Shown here: positions 50,215 to 59,371 of the stretch, one piece after another
How the letters are laid out: the number at the start of each line of letters is the position of its first letter
Numbering within the stretch: the first letter of the stretch is position 1
DNA from: Vicinamibacterales bacterium
GTDB lineage: Bacteria > Acidobacteriota > Vicinamibacteria > Vicinamibacterales > UBA8438
Reading direction: 5' to 3'
DNA: 64,000 nt
NCBI GenBank assembly: GCA_965215105.1
Contig: OZ244051.1
Coordinates: 5,186,896 to 5,250,895, forward strand
Notes under the pieces: generated by a model
Seen by the model: only the letters and a program-made list of their open reading frames with translations
Databases searched by the model: none
What the model was told of the DNA's origin: nothing
Made by a program: the position numbers and the translations under genes

Positions 50215-51234
50215 CTAGTGGTGCACGTTGATGGCCATGCCGACGAAGACCGACGTCAGCAGGGCGAACACGTAGGCCTGGACGAGGACGACGATGATCT
50301 CGAGGGCCAGGATCCCGGTCGCCAGGGGCACCCCGACGAAGGCGCCGACCCCCATCGAGAGCAGCGGGCTTCCGAACTGCTGGTTGAAGATGAAGACCAG
50401 CGACAGGATCGCGAGTATCGCGATGTGCCCCCCGCTCATGTTGGCGGCGAGCCGCATCGTCAGCGCGAACGGCTTGACGAACAGGCCCATGACCTCGATG
50501 GGAATGAGCAGGATGTAGATGGGCCACGCCAGGCCGTGCGGCACCAGGTTCTTCCAGTGCGCGATGAAGCCGTGGGCCATGCTGCCGGCCACGATGATCG
50601 CGAAGAAGGTGATGGTGGCGAGCGCCGCCGTCACGTTGTAGTTGGCGGTCGCGGTGGCCCCGCCGTGGAGCATGCTGTTCAGCAGCGACTCCTCCGAGGT
50701 ATGCAGAATCGCCTTGTCGACCAGGCCGAGCACCTCGAACATCGGCACCAGGCCGACGGCGTTCGCGGTCAGGATGAAGACGAAGAGGGTCAGGATCATC
50801 GGCGTCCAGGTGTTGACCCACTTCGCGCCGACGTTCGGCAGCACCATCGAGTCGCGGACGAACTGGACCACCGCCTCGAGCGCGTTCATGAACCCGGCCG
50901 GGATCGGACGCTCCTGCGCGAGGAAGCGCCGGGTCGCGAGGGTGATGACGAGGAACAGGAAGCCCGCCACCAGCCACAGCATCATCACGTGCTTGGTGAC
51001 CGAGAAGTCGATGCCCGCGATGTGCGGCCCGTGCAGGATCGGGTGATCGAGCGGGCTGTTCGCGATGTGCTCGATGATCACCTCGCCCGCGTCGAACTCG
51101 CCGTCGCCGTGGCCGCCCGCGCCGTGCCCGCCCTCGGCGTGGTCGGCGGCGGCGTGCGCGTCCTCGACGTGGGCGTCCTCGGCGTGCGCCTCGTCGACCC
51201 GCGCGTCCTGGGCGTGTTGTGCGGCGTTCATCAT
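50215..51234 (-). CDS. atpB: F0F1 ATP synthase subunit a with His/Asp-rich N-terminus
   Basis: ATG 51234 (MMNAAQ). LTMRLAANMSGGH essential-Arg motif. N-terminus DEAHAEDAHVEDAHAAADHAEGGHGAGGHGDG. Confidence 0.9.
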   Translation of the reverse strand: MMNAAQHAQDARVDEAHAEDAHVEDAHAAADHAEGGHGAGGHGDGEFDAGEVIIEHIANSPLDHPILHGPHIAGIDFSVTKHVMMLWLVAGFLFLVITLATRRFLAQERPIPAGFMNALEAVVQFVRDSMVLPNVGAKWVNTWTPMILTLFVFILTANAVGLVPMFEVLGLVDKAILHTSEESLLNSMLHGGATATANYNVTAALATITFFAIIVAGSMAHGFIAHWKNLVPHGLAWPIYILLIPIEVMGLFVKPFALTMRLAANMSGGHIAILAILSLVFIFNQQFGSPLLSMGVGAFVGVPLATGILALEIIVVLVQAYVFALLTSVFVGMAINVHH

Positions 51235-51254
51235 GATGTTCGGTGGCGGCCCCG

Positions 51255-51632
51255 TCAGCGCCCCGCCGACGGGGTTGCGCCGGCGTTCACCAGCAGGGTT
51301 CTGAAGTACAGCGCCTCCGAAACCTGGAGGGCGACGAAGTAGAAGGTGAAGCTGAGCGTGAAGGGCACCGGGTCGACCCCGAGCAGCCCGATGACGACGG
51401 AGACGTACACCGCGTAGAACACCAGCTTCACCGCGAAAGCGGCGGCCATCCGCGCCGTGAGGCGGGTCACGTCGGCGCGCACCGTCCGTTCGACGAGCCG
51501 TATGGTCGCCAGCCCCACCACGAGCGGCGCGGCCATGCCGAGAAACGCCGCCGCGGCCGCCTCGGGGGCCAATGCCGCCGCCGCCCCGCAGGTGAGCGCG
51601 CACGCCGCCGCCAGTGCCGCAGACAACCTCAT
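51255..51632 (-). CDS. atpI: ATP synthase subunit I-like membrane protein
   Basis: 125 aa from ATG 51632. Hydrophobic, positioned between atpZ and atpB. ATGA overlap with atpZ. Confidence 0.6.
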   Translation of the reverse strand: MRLSAALAAACALTCGAAAALAPEAAAAAFLGMAAPLVVGLATIRLVERTVRADVTRLTARMAAAFAVKLVFYAVYVSVVIGLLGVDPVPFTLSFTFYFVALQVSEALYFRTLLVNAGATPSAGR

Positions 51633-51871
51633 GGCTTCCAGACCGTCTTCGCCAGCTCGTAGAACCCGACGACCATTCCCGTCAGCAGACCCGCCAGCAG
51701 AAACCACGGCTCGGTCGCCGCCCACCGATCGACCAGGTGCCCCAGCCCCCCGAGGAGGAGGATGGCCCCGATCAACGTGTACCCGGCGGAGGCGGCCGGC
51801 CCCGCTCGACGCACGTTTTCCTGCAAGGCCTCGAGCGATCTCGCAAGAAAATGGTCGTCGGGGTCGGGCAT
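51629..51871 (-). CDS. atpZ: AtpZ/AtpI family protein (putative F0F1-ATPase-associated membrane protein)
   Basis: 80 aa. GYTLIGAILLLGGLGHLVDRWAATEPWFLLAGLLTGMVVGFY matches the AtpZ pattern. Confidence 0.75.
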   Translation of the reverse strand: MPDPDDHFLARSLEALQENVRRAGPAASAGYTLIGAILLLGGLGHLVDRWAATEPWFLLAGLLTGMVVGFYELAKTVWKP

Positions 51872-52028
51872 CGTGAAGCCCCGATAGCGAGCGTGCGCGG
51901 CTGTGTTCCTCAGACCGCCATCGCCGTCAGGTCACGATGCATGCCCGTAGGATGGCCGTTCCCACGCCCTCTACAAACGCATAATGGTAGCAGGGGCGCG
52001 CGCCTGTGGCAATAGACCGGGGCCGGGG

Positions 52029-52051
52029 ACGCCCGCCGGATCGAGGCGGGC
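52029..52051 (-). terminator. GC hairpin downstream of the small coiled-coil gene
   Basis: cgcccgcc-ggatcga-ggcgggcg, nested in a longer tagaccg...cggtcta inverted repeat. No U-tract. Confidence 0.3.
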
Positions 52052-52078
52052 GCGGACCCCGCGGCGGGTGCGGACGGT

Positions 52079-52327
52079 CTATCCGAAGACGCGCAGCGCC
52101 GTCAGGAGGACGCCGAGACTCACCAGGCCGAGCCCGATCACCCAACGTATGGCCCTCAGCTCGGCGTTCTGCGCCTTGAGCCCGGCGCCGAGCTCGGCGT
52201 TCTGCGCCTTGATCGCGGCGTCCAGCCTGATGTTCTGCGCGTCGAGCCTGGCGTTCCACGTCCTGAGCTCGGCGTTCAGCGCGTCGAGCTTGGCCTCGAA
52301 TCTGCTGATGAGGTTCGCGGCGGCCAT
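52079..52327 (-). CDS. small tail-anchored coiled-coil membrane protein (hypothetical)
   Basis: 82 aa. AGGAGA Shine-Dalgarno 8 nt upstream. 11-residue repeats (LDAQNIRLDAA / IKAQNAELGAG / LKAQNAELRAI). C-terminal TM helix WVIGLGLVSLGVLLTAL. Confidence 0.65.
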   Translation of the reverse strand: MAAANLISRFEAKLDALNAELRTWNARLDAQNIRLDAAIKAQNAELGAGLKAQNAELRAIRWVIGLGLVSLGVLLTALRVFG

Positions 52328-52465
52328 GTTCTGGATCTCCTGAACGACAGTATTACGCCTCTTCCTCGTCCAGCTCGGTCCTGCGGAGCAGAAGCAGGAA
52401 CAAGCGCCTGTCGTCGGTGTCGGGGAGGTCGGCCATGTTGCGGGCGGGCGCGGGGGCCGTGGTCG

Positions 52466-54598
52466 TCAGTACGCGGCGGCGGCCGTGATCGCCCGCAGGA
52501 TGTCGTCGGGCTGCGGCAGGATCGCCGCTTCGAGAGCGGGGTGGTAGGCGACGGGGCAGTCGAGGGCGCCGACGCGCTTGACGGGGGCGTCGAGGTGGTC
52601 GAAGAGCTCGTCGGCGATGCGCGCGGCCAGCTCGGCCCCGAACCCGCACGTGAGCTGGTCCTCGTGGGCCACCACCACCCGGCTCGTGGCGGCCACCGCC
52701 TTCGCGATCGACGTCCAGTCGTAGGGGGCCAGCGTCCGCAGGTCCATCACCTGCACGCCGACGCCCTCCCGGGCCGCCCGTTCCGCCGCCAGCAGCGACC
52801 GCTGGACCAGCGAGCCCCAGGTGATCACCACGACGTCGGTCCCCTCGCGCCGGATGGCCGCCCGGGCGAACGGAACCTGGTGGTCCGGCCCGTGGTACGC
52901 GGCCTTGCTGTAGGTCTGGCGGTAGAGGTGCTTGGGCTCGAGGAACAGCACCGGGTCGTCGCAGCGCATGGCGGTCCGCAGCAGCCCCGCCGCGTCGGCC
53001 GCGTTCGAGGGATAGGCGATGCGCAACCCCGGGCAGTGGGCGAAGATGCTCTCGCCCGACTGGCTGTGGTACAGCGAGCCGCCCCGCAGGTAGCCGCCGA
53101 TCGGGGCCCGGATGACGAGCGGGCACGAGAACGCGTTGTTCGACCGGTACCGCAGCATCGTGAGCTCGTCGCGGATCTGCATCATCGCGGGCCAGATGTA
53201 GTCGAAGAACTGGATCTCGACCACCGGCTTGAGCCCGCGGACGGCCATCCCGACGGCCCGGCCCACGATGTTGGCCTCGGCCAGCGGCGAGTTGAACACG
53301 CGCTCGCGCCCGAACCGCCGCTGCAGCCCGAGGGTCGCCTTGAACACCCCGCCCTTGCCCGGCACCGCGGACAGGACCTCGGCCCGGCTGCAGTCGGCCA
53401 CGTCCTCCCCGAACACCACGATTCGGGGGTTGCGGGCCATCTCGTCCTCGAGGGTGCGGTTGATGGCCGCCACCATCGTGATCGGCTCGCCCTCGGGAGC
53501 GCCGGGCACGTCGAAGCGCCCGGCCGCCGGGTCCGCGTCGGGCGAGTACACGTGGCGCAGCGCCGTGGCGGGGTCGGGCGGGGCGGCGGCCAGGGCCTCG
53601 TCGGCCGCCGCCCGAATCTCGTCGTCCACGCCGCCCGCCAGCCGGGCCAGCTCCTCGTCGTCGGCGATCTCGCGGCCGGTCAGGAACGCGGCGAGCTGCG
53701 TGATGGGGTCGCGGGCCCGCTCCGCCTCGCGCTCCGCCTTGCTCTTGTACTGGCCGTCGTCGTCCGATTCGGAGTGCGAGTGGAGCCGCACCACGCCGGC
53801 CTTGACGAGGACCGGCCCGCGGCCTCCGCGCGCGTAGGCGAGGGCCCGTCGCATCGCCGCGACGCTCGCGAGGGCGTCGGTGCCGTCGACGGTGACGACC
53901 TCGAGCCCCGGGAACCCCGACACGAGGCGGGTGATGTCGCCGCCCGGCGTCTGTATCTCGACCGGCACCGAAATGGCGTAGCCGTTGTCCTCGATCAGGT
54001 AGATCACCGGGAGCCGGCGCGTGCAGGCGGTGTTCAGCGATTCCCAGAACTCGCCCTCGCTGGTGCCGCCCTCGCCGAGCGACACGTAGACGACGTCGCC
54101 CTCCGAGCAGGCCCCGGACGCGATCTCGGGGAACCGGAGATGGAACTGACAGGCCTCGGCGCAACCGACGGCGTGGAGGCACTGGGTCGCCACCGCGCTG
54201 GAGGGAGACACCAGGTTGAGGGCCGGCTTGCTCCAGTGGGCGGGCATCTGGCGCCCCCCCGACGACGGATCGTCGGCGGCGCCGACCGCCGCCAGCAGCA
54301 TCTCGTGGGGCGTCATGCCCAGGGCCAGGGCCAGGGCCCGGTCGCGGTAGTAGGGGAAGAACCAGTCGCGGCCCGCCGTCAGCAGCGTCCCCGCCGCCAC
54401 CTGTATCGCCTCGTGGCCCGCCCCGCTGATCTGGAAGAAGCTCTTGCTCTGCCGCTTGAGCTGCAGCTCCTTCTCGTCGAGGCGGCGCGCCATGAGCATC
54501 GTGCGGTAGAACCGCAGCAGCTCATCCCGTGACAGTCCGCCGTACAGCCGCTGTGACGTCGCGGCAGGCGCGTTCCCCGAGCCCGTCGAGCGCTCCAT
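52466..54598 (-). CDS. 2-oxoacid dehydrogenase E1 component, fused alpha and beta subunits (TPP-dependent)
   Basis: ATG 54598 (MERSTGS). Alpha-type [19 protein letters not shown] and beta-type VFGEDVA...[13 protein letters not shown]...FLEPKHLY regions in a single 710-aa ORF. Confidence 0.88.
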   Translation of the reverse strand: MERSTGSGNAPAATSQRLYGGLSRDELLRFYRTMLMARRLDEKELQLKRQSKSFFQISGAGHEAIQVAAGTLLTAGRDWFFPYYRDRALALALGMTPHEMLLAAVGAADDPSSGGRQMPAHWSKPALNLVSPSSAVATQCLHAVGCAEACQFHLRFPEIASGACSEGDVVYVSLGEGGTSEGEFWESLNTACTRRLPVIYLIEDNGYAISVPVEIQTPGGDITRLVSGFPGLEVVTVDGTDALASVAAMRRALAYARGGRGPVLVKAGVVRLHSHSESDDDGQYKSKAEREAERARDPITQLAAFLTGREIADDEELARLAGGVDDEIRAAADEALAAAPPDPATALRHVYSPDADPAAGRFDVPGAPEGEPITMVAAINRTLEDEMARNPRIVVFGEDVADCSRAEVLSAVPGKGGVFKATLGLQRRFGRERVFNSPLAEANIVGRAVGMAVRGLKPVVEIQFFDYIWPAMMQIRDELTMLRYRSNNAFSCPLVIRAPIGGYLRGGSLYHSQSGESIFAHCPGLRIAYPSNAADAAGLLRTAMRCDDPVLFLEPKHLYRQTYSKAAYHGPDHQVPFARAAIRREGTDVVVITWGSLVQRSLLAAERAAREGVGVQVMDLRTLAPYDWTSIAKAVAATSRVVVAHEDQLTCGFGAELAARIADELFDHLDAPVKRVGALDCPVAYHPALEAAILPQPDDILRAITAAAAY

Positions 54599-54652
54599 GG
54601 TGCAATCCTGCGTGCCAAGGTGGGACCCAGGGCTGGCCCGCATTGGCAGTAA

Positions 54653-54661
54653 ATTATAGCA
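54653..54661 (-). promoter_or_regulatory. extended -10 promoter element for the E1 gene
   Basis: The minus strand reads TGCTATAAT (TGn + perfect TATAAT), 55 nt upstream of ATG 54598, in a conspicuous AT patch. Confidence 0.45.
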
Positions 54662-54709
54662 TCGCGGCGTCGCCCCGCCCCGCGGGCGGCGGGCCCGCCG
54701 CTTCCGACG

Positions 54710-55096
54710 ATGACGAGCGAATTCGACGGCGTGGTGACGGCGTGGGACGATCTGGCCCTCGAGAAGATCACCGCCCTCATCTCGCGGAAGGCGGTCGCCG
54801 GCGACGGCCAGAGGCTGGCCCAGGTCTACCTGAAGCGCGGGGCCCTCGTGCCGCTCCATGCCCACGACGGCGAGGAGCTCATCTACGTCCTCGACGGGAC
54901 GCTCAGGCTGCGGTTGGCGGGGGACGACGTCGTCGTGCGGGAGGGCGAGGTGGTGCGCGTCCCCCGGCGGGCCCCGCACCAGATCGAGGCCCTCGCGGAC
55001 ACCTTCGCGCTCGCCGTCCGCGGCACGACCCCGCGTCGCACCGGGAACGGGGGCGGCCGGCGGCCGGTTTCCGATGCGGCCAAGTGCGGCGAGTGA
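54710..55096 (+). CDS. cupin domain protein
   Basis: 128 aa. [16 protein letters not shown] and [15 protein letters not shown] cupin motifs. Confidence 0.8.
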   Translation: MTSEFDGVVTAWDDLALEKITALISRKAVAGDGQRLAQVYLKRGALVPLHAHDGEELIYVLDGTLRLRLAGDDVVVREGEVVRVPRRAPHQIEALADTFALAVRGTTPRRTGNGGGRRPVSDAAKCGE

Positions 55097-55142
55097 CACG
55101 CCGGCCGCGGGCGAACACGGGCGGAACGGCGGCGGGGCGGCG

Positions 55143-55922
55143 TCAGTGAACGGTGCCGTCCCAGTCGTCGCGACCCGGCAGGACGCGGAACTTGCGCCGC
55201 AGCCGGCCCATCTTCCACTGCAGGTACCGGTACTTGATCTCCGCCTTCAGCCCGAACCGGCCGAACCGCGGCAGGCCGATCCCCGTCCCCCGCTTGAGGT
55301 ACAGGTAGCCGACGACGAGCCCGGCGAGGTGGGCGACGTGGGCGACCCCGGCGTCGCGGGGCACCGACAGGAACGCGATGGCCCCGATGATCATCACGAA
55401 GTACCGGGCCGGGATCGGGAACACGAAGAACACCAGGATCGGCGCGTTCGGATAGTAGACGGCGAACGCCATCAGCAGCCCGTAGATCGCCCCCGAGGCG
55501 CCGATGGTCACGCCGATGTACGTCGGCCCGCTGAACGCGAACGGCAGCAGCCCCGCGACGATGGTGGCGATGCCGGCCCCGACGCCGGTCACCAGGTAGA
55601 AGCGCAGGAAGTACGCGGGTCCCCACAGCCGCTCGAGCTGGACGCCGAACATCCACAGGACCAGCAGGTTGAAGAAGATGTGCCCGATGCTCCCGTGCAG
55701 GAACATGTAGGTGGCGGGCTGCCAGAAGCGCAGCCCCGTCACCACCGCCTCCGGGCGCAGCCCGAACACGTCGACGAGGAGGCGGCCGAGGGGCGGGACG
55801 AGGGCGCCGGCCACGAAGACGCCGATGTTCGCCCAGAGCAGCATCCTCACGGCCGGGGTCATCGGACCGGGGCCGAACGACATGCCGGACGGACGTTGCG
55901 AGTAGTAGTAGCCGCGGGGCAT
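55143..55922 (-). CDS. rhomboid family intramembrane serine protease
   Basis: ATG 55922 (MPRGYYY). [12 protein letters not shown], catalytic GASGAIYGL and HLAGLVVG. Confidence 0.88.
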   Translation of the reverse strand: MPRGYYYSQRPSGMSFGPGPMTPAVRMLLWANIGVFVAGALVPPLGRLLVDVFGLRPEAVVTGLRFWQPATYMFLHGSIGHIFFNLLVLWMFGVQLERLWGPAYFLRFYLVTGVGAGIATIVAGLLPFAFSGPTYIGVTIGASGAIYGLLMAFAVYYPNAPILVFFVFPIPARYFVMIIGAIAFLSVPRDAGVAHVAHLAGLVVGYLYLKRGTGIGLPRFGRFGLKAEIKYRYLQWKMGRLRRKFRVLPGRDDWDGTVH

Positions 55923-56006
55923 CGCGGGCCCATCGTACCACGGCCGCCGGGAGCTCGCCGGGGCGAACCTCGAGGCCGCCGATTGTCGCGCGGGGAGCCC
56001 GACCAC

Positions 56007-56441
56007 CCCCGGGAGTCCGCGTTCGGCCAGGGGTCCGCGCCGTAGACCGGCGTGGACTCCTGGAGGGTTGGTTGGGCGCCCAGCGGAGCCGCAGGCGACG
56101 ATGGGCGGGCCAGGAGTCCGCGCCGTAGACCGGCGTGGACTCCTGGAGGGTTGGTTGGGCGCCCAGCGGAGCCGCAGGCGACGATGGGCGGGCCAGGGGT
56201 CCGCGCCGTAGACCGGCGTGGACTCCTGTAGGGTTGGTTGGGCGCCCAGCGGAGCCGCAGGCGACGATGGGCGGGCCAGGAGTCCGCGCCGTAGACCGGC
56301 GTGGACTCCTGGAGGGTTGGTTGGGCGCCCAGCGGAGCCGCAGGCGACGATGGGCGGGCCAGGAGTCCGCGCCGTAGACCGGCGTGGACTCCTGGAGGGT
56401 TGGTTGGGCGCCCAGCGGAGCCGCAGGCGACGATGGGCGGG
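56007..56441 (+). repeat. tandem array: five head-to-tail 83-bp hairpin repeats plus a partial leading unit
   Basis: Units start at 56027, 56110, 56193, 56276 and 56359 (period exactly 83). Consensus: ccaggagtccgcgccgtagaccggcgtggactcctggagggttggttgggcgcccagcggagccgcaggcgacgatgggcggg. Only 2-3 substitutions across copies. The array fills the gap between the murJ stop and the rhomboid upstream region. Confidence 0.95.
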
Positions 56442-58076
56442 CTACGGCTCCCGGCGCCCCTCCGTCCTCGGCCGACGAGGGCGTCCCGCGAGCAGCCGGC
56501 CGACGATCTGCGCCCGGACCTCGTCGAGCTCGGTGACGCCGAGGAGCCGGGCTGCGACGGCCAGCACGATCAGGCCGAAGGCGATCTCGCCGCCGAGCAC
56601 GAGCGCCTCGATCAGGAGGCCGCCCTCCGCCGCGAGCCCCCCGACCATGCCCTCGACTGCGCCGACCGCCGCGCCCATGGCCCCGGCCGCGAGGCAGATC
56701 CGCGCGAAGCGGTCCGCCAGGCGGCGGGCGTCGATGCCCCCGAGCCGGCGGTGCAGCAGCACGAGCAGGCCGCCGGCGTTGAACCACGACGCCAGGGCCG
56801 TGCCCAGCGCCAGTCCGGGATACCCCATGATCCGCACGAGCACGAGATTCAGCCCGACGTTCAGGGCGACGGTGACGACGCTGACGAGGGCCGGTTTCAG
56901 GCTGTTGCCGAAGGCGTAGAACACGGGGGCCGTCAGCCGCACCGCGGCGTAGCCGACGATGCCCGGGGCATAGCACACCAGCGCGCGCGCCGTCGCCGGG
57001 GTGTCGGCGGCGGTGAACTCGCCGCGCTCCAGGACGAGCCGCACGATGGGGGTCGCGAGCACCGCGAGGCCGACCGCCGCCGGCACCATCACCGCGAGCA
57101 TCAGGCGCAGCCTGCGGGACACGGTCTCCCGCACCGCCGCGAGGTCGCCGGTCGCGGCGTGCCGGGACACCTCGGGCAGGGTCACCGTCGCTATCGACAC
57201 CCCGAGCACCCCCAGCGGCAGGTACATCAGCCGGAACGCGTGGGTAAGCCAGGTGACGGCGCCGGTGCCCTCGAAGGTGGCGAGGCGGGTGTTGACGGCC
57301 AGGTTCACCTGCAGTGCGGACCCCGCCACCGTCGCCGGCCCCATCAGCCCCACGACCTCGCGCAGGCCCCGGTCGGCCGGGTCCAGTACCGGCCGCCAGC
57401 GGAACCCCTCGCGGCGCAGCGCCCACCACTGCGCCGCGATCTGCCCCGCCCCGCCGGCCAGCACCGCGCCCGCGATCGCCACGACGGGGTCCATGCCGTC
57501 CTCGGGCATCAGGGGCACGACGACGAGGGTGCCCGCGATGAGGCAGACGTTGTAGGCGGCGGGCGAGAGCGCGGGGACGAAGAAGCGCCGCAGCGAGTTG
57601 AGCATGCCCATGCACGCGGCCGCGATCGCCACCAGGGTGAAGAACGGCAGGACGATGCGGGTCAACTGCACGGTCAGCTCGAGCTTGCCGGGGACGTCCT
57701 GGTAGCCGGCGGCGAACAGGCGGGTCAGCGGCTCGGCGAACACCATGCCGGCCGCCACGATGACCCCGGTGACCACCACGAGGGCGTTGACGAGCTGGGC
57801 CCCCAGCCGCCACGCCACGTCGCGGCCCTCGCGGGTCAGGCGCCGCGTGAAGACGGGCACGAAGGCGGCGTTCATCGCCCCTTCCGCGAAGAGCTCGCGC
57901 AGCAGGTTGGGAATGCGCAGGGCCACGAAGAAGGCGTCCATCCGGTCGCCGGCCCCGAAGCGGTAGGCGAGGGCCTGGTCCCGCACCAGTCCCAGCACCC
58001 GGCTGGTCAGGGTGGCGAGGCCCGCGATGGCGGCCGAGCGGGTCAGGCCGTCGCCGTCGGAGGTGGGGGGCGTCAT
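56442..58076 (-). CDS. murJ: lipid II flippase
   Basis: ATG 58076. SRVLGLVRDQALAYRFGAGDRMDAFFVALRIPNLLRELFAEGAMNAAFVPVF is the MurJ N-terminus. Confidence 0.9.
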   Translation of the reverse strand: MTPPTSDGDGLTRSAAIAGLATLTSRVLGLVRDQALAYRFGAGDRMDAFFVALRIPNLLRELFAEGAMNAAFVPVFTRRLTREGRDVAWRLGAQLVNALVVVTGVIVAAGMVFAEPLTRLFAAGYQDVPGKLELTVQLTRIVLPFFTLVAIAAACMGMLNSLRRFFVPALSPAAYNVCLIAGTLVVVPLMPEDGMDPVVAIAGAVLAGGAGQIAAQWWALRREGFRWRPVLDPADRGLREVVGLMGPATVAGSALQVNLAVNTRLATFEGTGAVTWLTHAFRLMYLPLGVLGVSIATVTLPEVSRHAATGDLAAVRETVSRRLRLMLAVMVPAAVGLAVLATPIVRLVLERGEFTAADTPATARALVCYAPGIVGYAAVRLTAPVFYAFGNSLKPALVSVVTVALNVGLNLVLVRIMGYPGLALGTALASWFNAGGLLVLLHRRLGGIDARRLADRFARICLAAGAMGAAVGAVEGMVGGLAAEGGLLIEALVLGGEIAFGLIVLAVAARLLGVTELDEVRAQIVGRLLAGRPRRPRTEGRREP

Positions 58077-58150
58077 CGTCGGGGAAGCGTCGAGGCGCGG
58101 CGCCTCGCGGGCCCCGGCGCCGCGGGCGGCCCCGCCAGGCTCGGCGGGGC

Positions 58151-59233
58151 TCACGTGGCGAACCGGAAGTTGACGACGTCGCCGTCGCGGACCACGTAGT
58201 CCTTGCCCTCCAGCCGCACCTCGCCGTGCTCGCGGCACGCGGCGTGCGAGCCGTTCCGCGCGGTCAGCGCGTCGTAGTGGACGACCTCGGCGCGAATGAA
58301 CCCCCGCGCGATGTCGCTGTGAATCTCGCCCGCCGCCTCCTGAGCCGCCGTCCCGCGCGGGATCGACCAGGCCCGGCACTCGTCCTTCCCCACCGTGAAG
58401 AAGGAGATGTAGCCGAGCAGCCGGTAGGCCGCCCGGACGACCCGGTCGAGCCCCGAGTCGGCGAGGCCGAGGTCGGCGAGGAACGCGGCCCGGTCTTCCG
58501 GCGGCAGCTCCGCTATCTCCAGCTCGATCTTCGCGCAGACGGGCACCGTCTCGATCCCGCTCCCCGACAGGGCGCCGGCGAGGCCGGCCCGCGCGACCGC
58601 CCCCTCCGGGTCCGCCACGTCCGCCTCGTCGAGGTTGAGCACGACGAGCAGCGGCTTCGCGGACAGGAAGCTGAAGCCCCGCAGCCGCCGGGCGTCCGCC
58701 TCGTCGAGGGCGAGCGCGCGCAGGGGCCGGCCGTCCTCCAGGGCCGTCCGGCACGCGTCGACGACGCGCAGCTCCGCGTCCAGCTCGCGGCTCCTGCCCT
58801 TCTTCATGTCCTGGCGGATCCGGTCGACGCGCCGCTCGGCGACCCCGAGGTCGGCCAGGATCAGCTCGTCCTCCATCCGCCGGGCGTCCCGGGCCGGGTC
58901 CAGGCTGCCCGACGCGTGAGGTACTCGCTCGTCCCGGAACATCCGCAGCACGTGGAGCAGGGCGTCGGCGTCGCGGAAGCCCGACACGTCGAGCATCTCC
59001 GCGGCCGGGCCCCGGCCGGCGAGCTCGCTCACCTCGACCGTGGCGGGCACCCGGCGCCGCGGGTCGAAGAGCGCCGTCAGCCGGTCGAGGCGGGGGTCCG
59101 GCACCTGCGCGACGCCCACCTGCGACGCCGCCCGCCGACCTGCCGGCGACGATTCGCCGGACGCCTGCGTCAGCAGGCGGAACAACGTCGTCTTCCCCGT
59201 CGACGGCAGCCCCGTCAGTCCGGCCCGCAGCAT
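58151..59233 (-). CDS. ychF: redox-regulated ATPase
   Basis: GLPSTGKTTLF P-loop and C-terminal TGS-like FIRAEVV...GKDYVVRDGDVVNFRF. Confidence 0.9.
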   Translation of the reverse strand: MLRAGLTGLPSTGKTTLFRLLTQASGESSPAGRRAASQVGVAQVPDPRLDRLTALFDPRRRVPATVEVSELAGRGPAAEMLDVSGFRDADALLHVLRMFRDERVPHASGSLDPARDARRMEDELILADLGVAERRVDRIRQDMKKGRSRELDAELRVVDACRTALEDGRPLRALALDEADARRLRGFSFLSAKPLLVVLNLDEADVADPEGAVARAGLAGALSGSGIETVPVCAKIELEIAELPPEDRAAFLADLGLADSGLDRVVRAAYRLLGYISFFTVGKDECRAWSIPRGTAAQEAAGEIHSDIARGFIRAEVVHYDALTARNGSHAACREHGEVRLEGKDYVVRDGDVVNFRFAT

Positions 59234-59306
59234 GATTCCCGTCGCCCTCCCTCCGCCGCGCGGAGATGCGAAGACAAAGCGTAAGTCCTGGATTTCACGG
59301 CACTTG

Positions 59307-59335
59307 TTGACTTGGCAGTGGTCGTTCTCTATAGT
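59307..59335 (+). promoter_or_regulatory. near-consensus sigma70 promoter of the dcw cluster (Pmra)
   Basis: TTGACT (59307-59312), 17 bp, TATAGT (59330-59335), followed by AGTGG direct repeats at 59358 and 59368. Confidence 0.6.
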
Positions 59336-59371
59336 GTGGTGGAGTTAATTGGACCTCAGTGGAGTCTAGTG

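Noticed and set aside
54641-54661. Sigma54-type promoter (TTGGCAG...TATAGCA) upstream of the cupin gene.
   Set aside because: The GG-to-GC spacing is two bases too long for the -24/-12 consensus. The same AT patch reads as a good extended -10 (TGCTATAAT) on the opposite strand.
56007-56441. Possible CRISPR array, or a repeat-containing protein (track ORFs MDSWRVGWAPSGAAGDDGRA...).
   Set aside because: The units abut directly with no unique spacers. The 83-bp period is not divisible by 3, so the reading frame rotates. The repeated peptides are a by-product of the DNA repeat.
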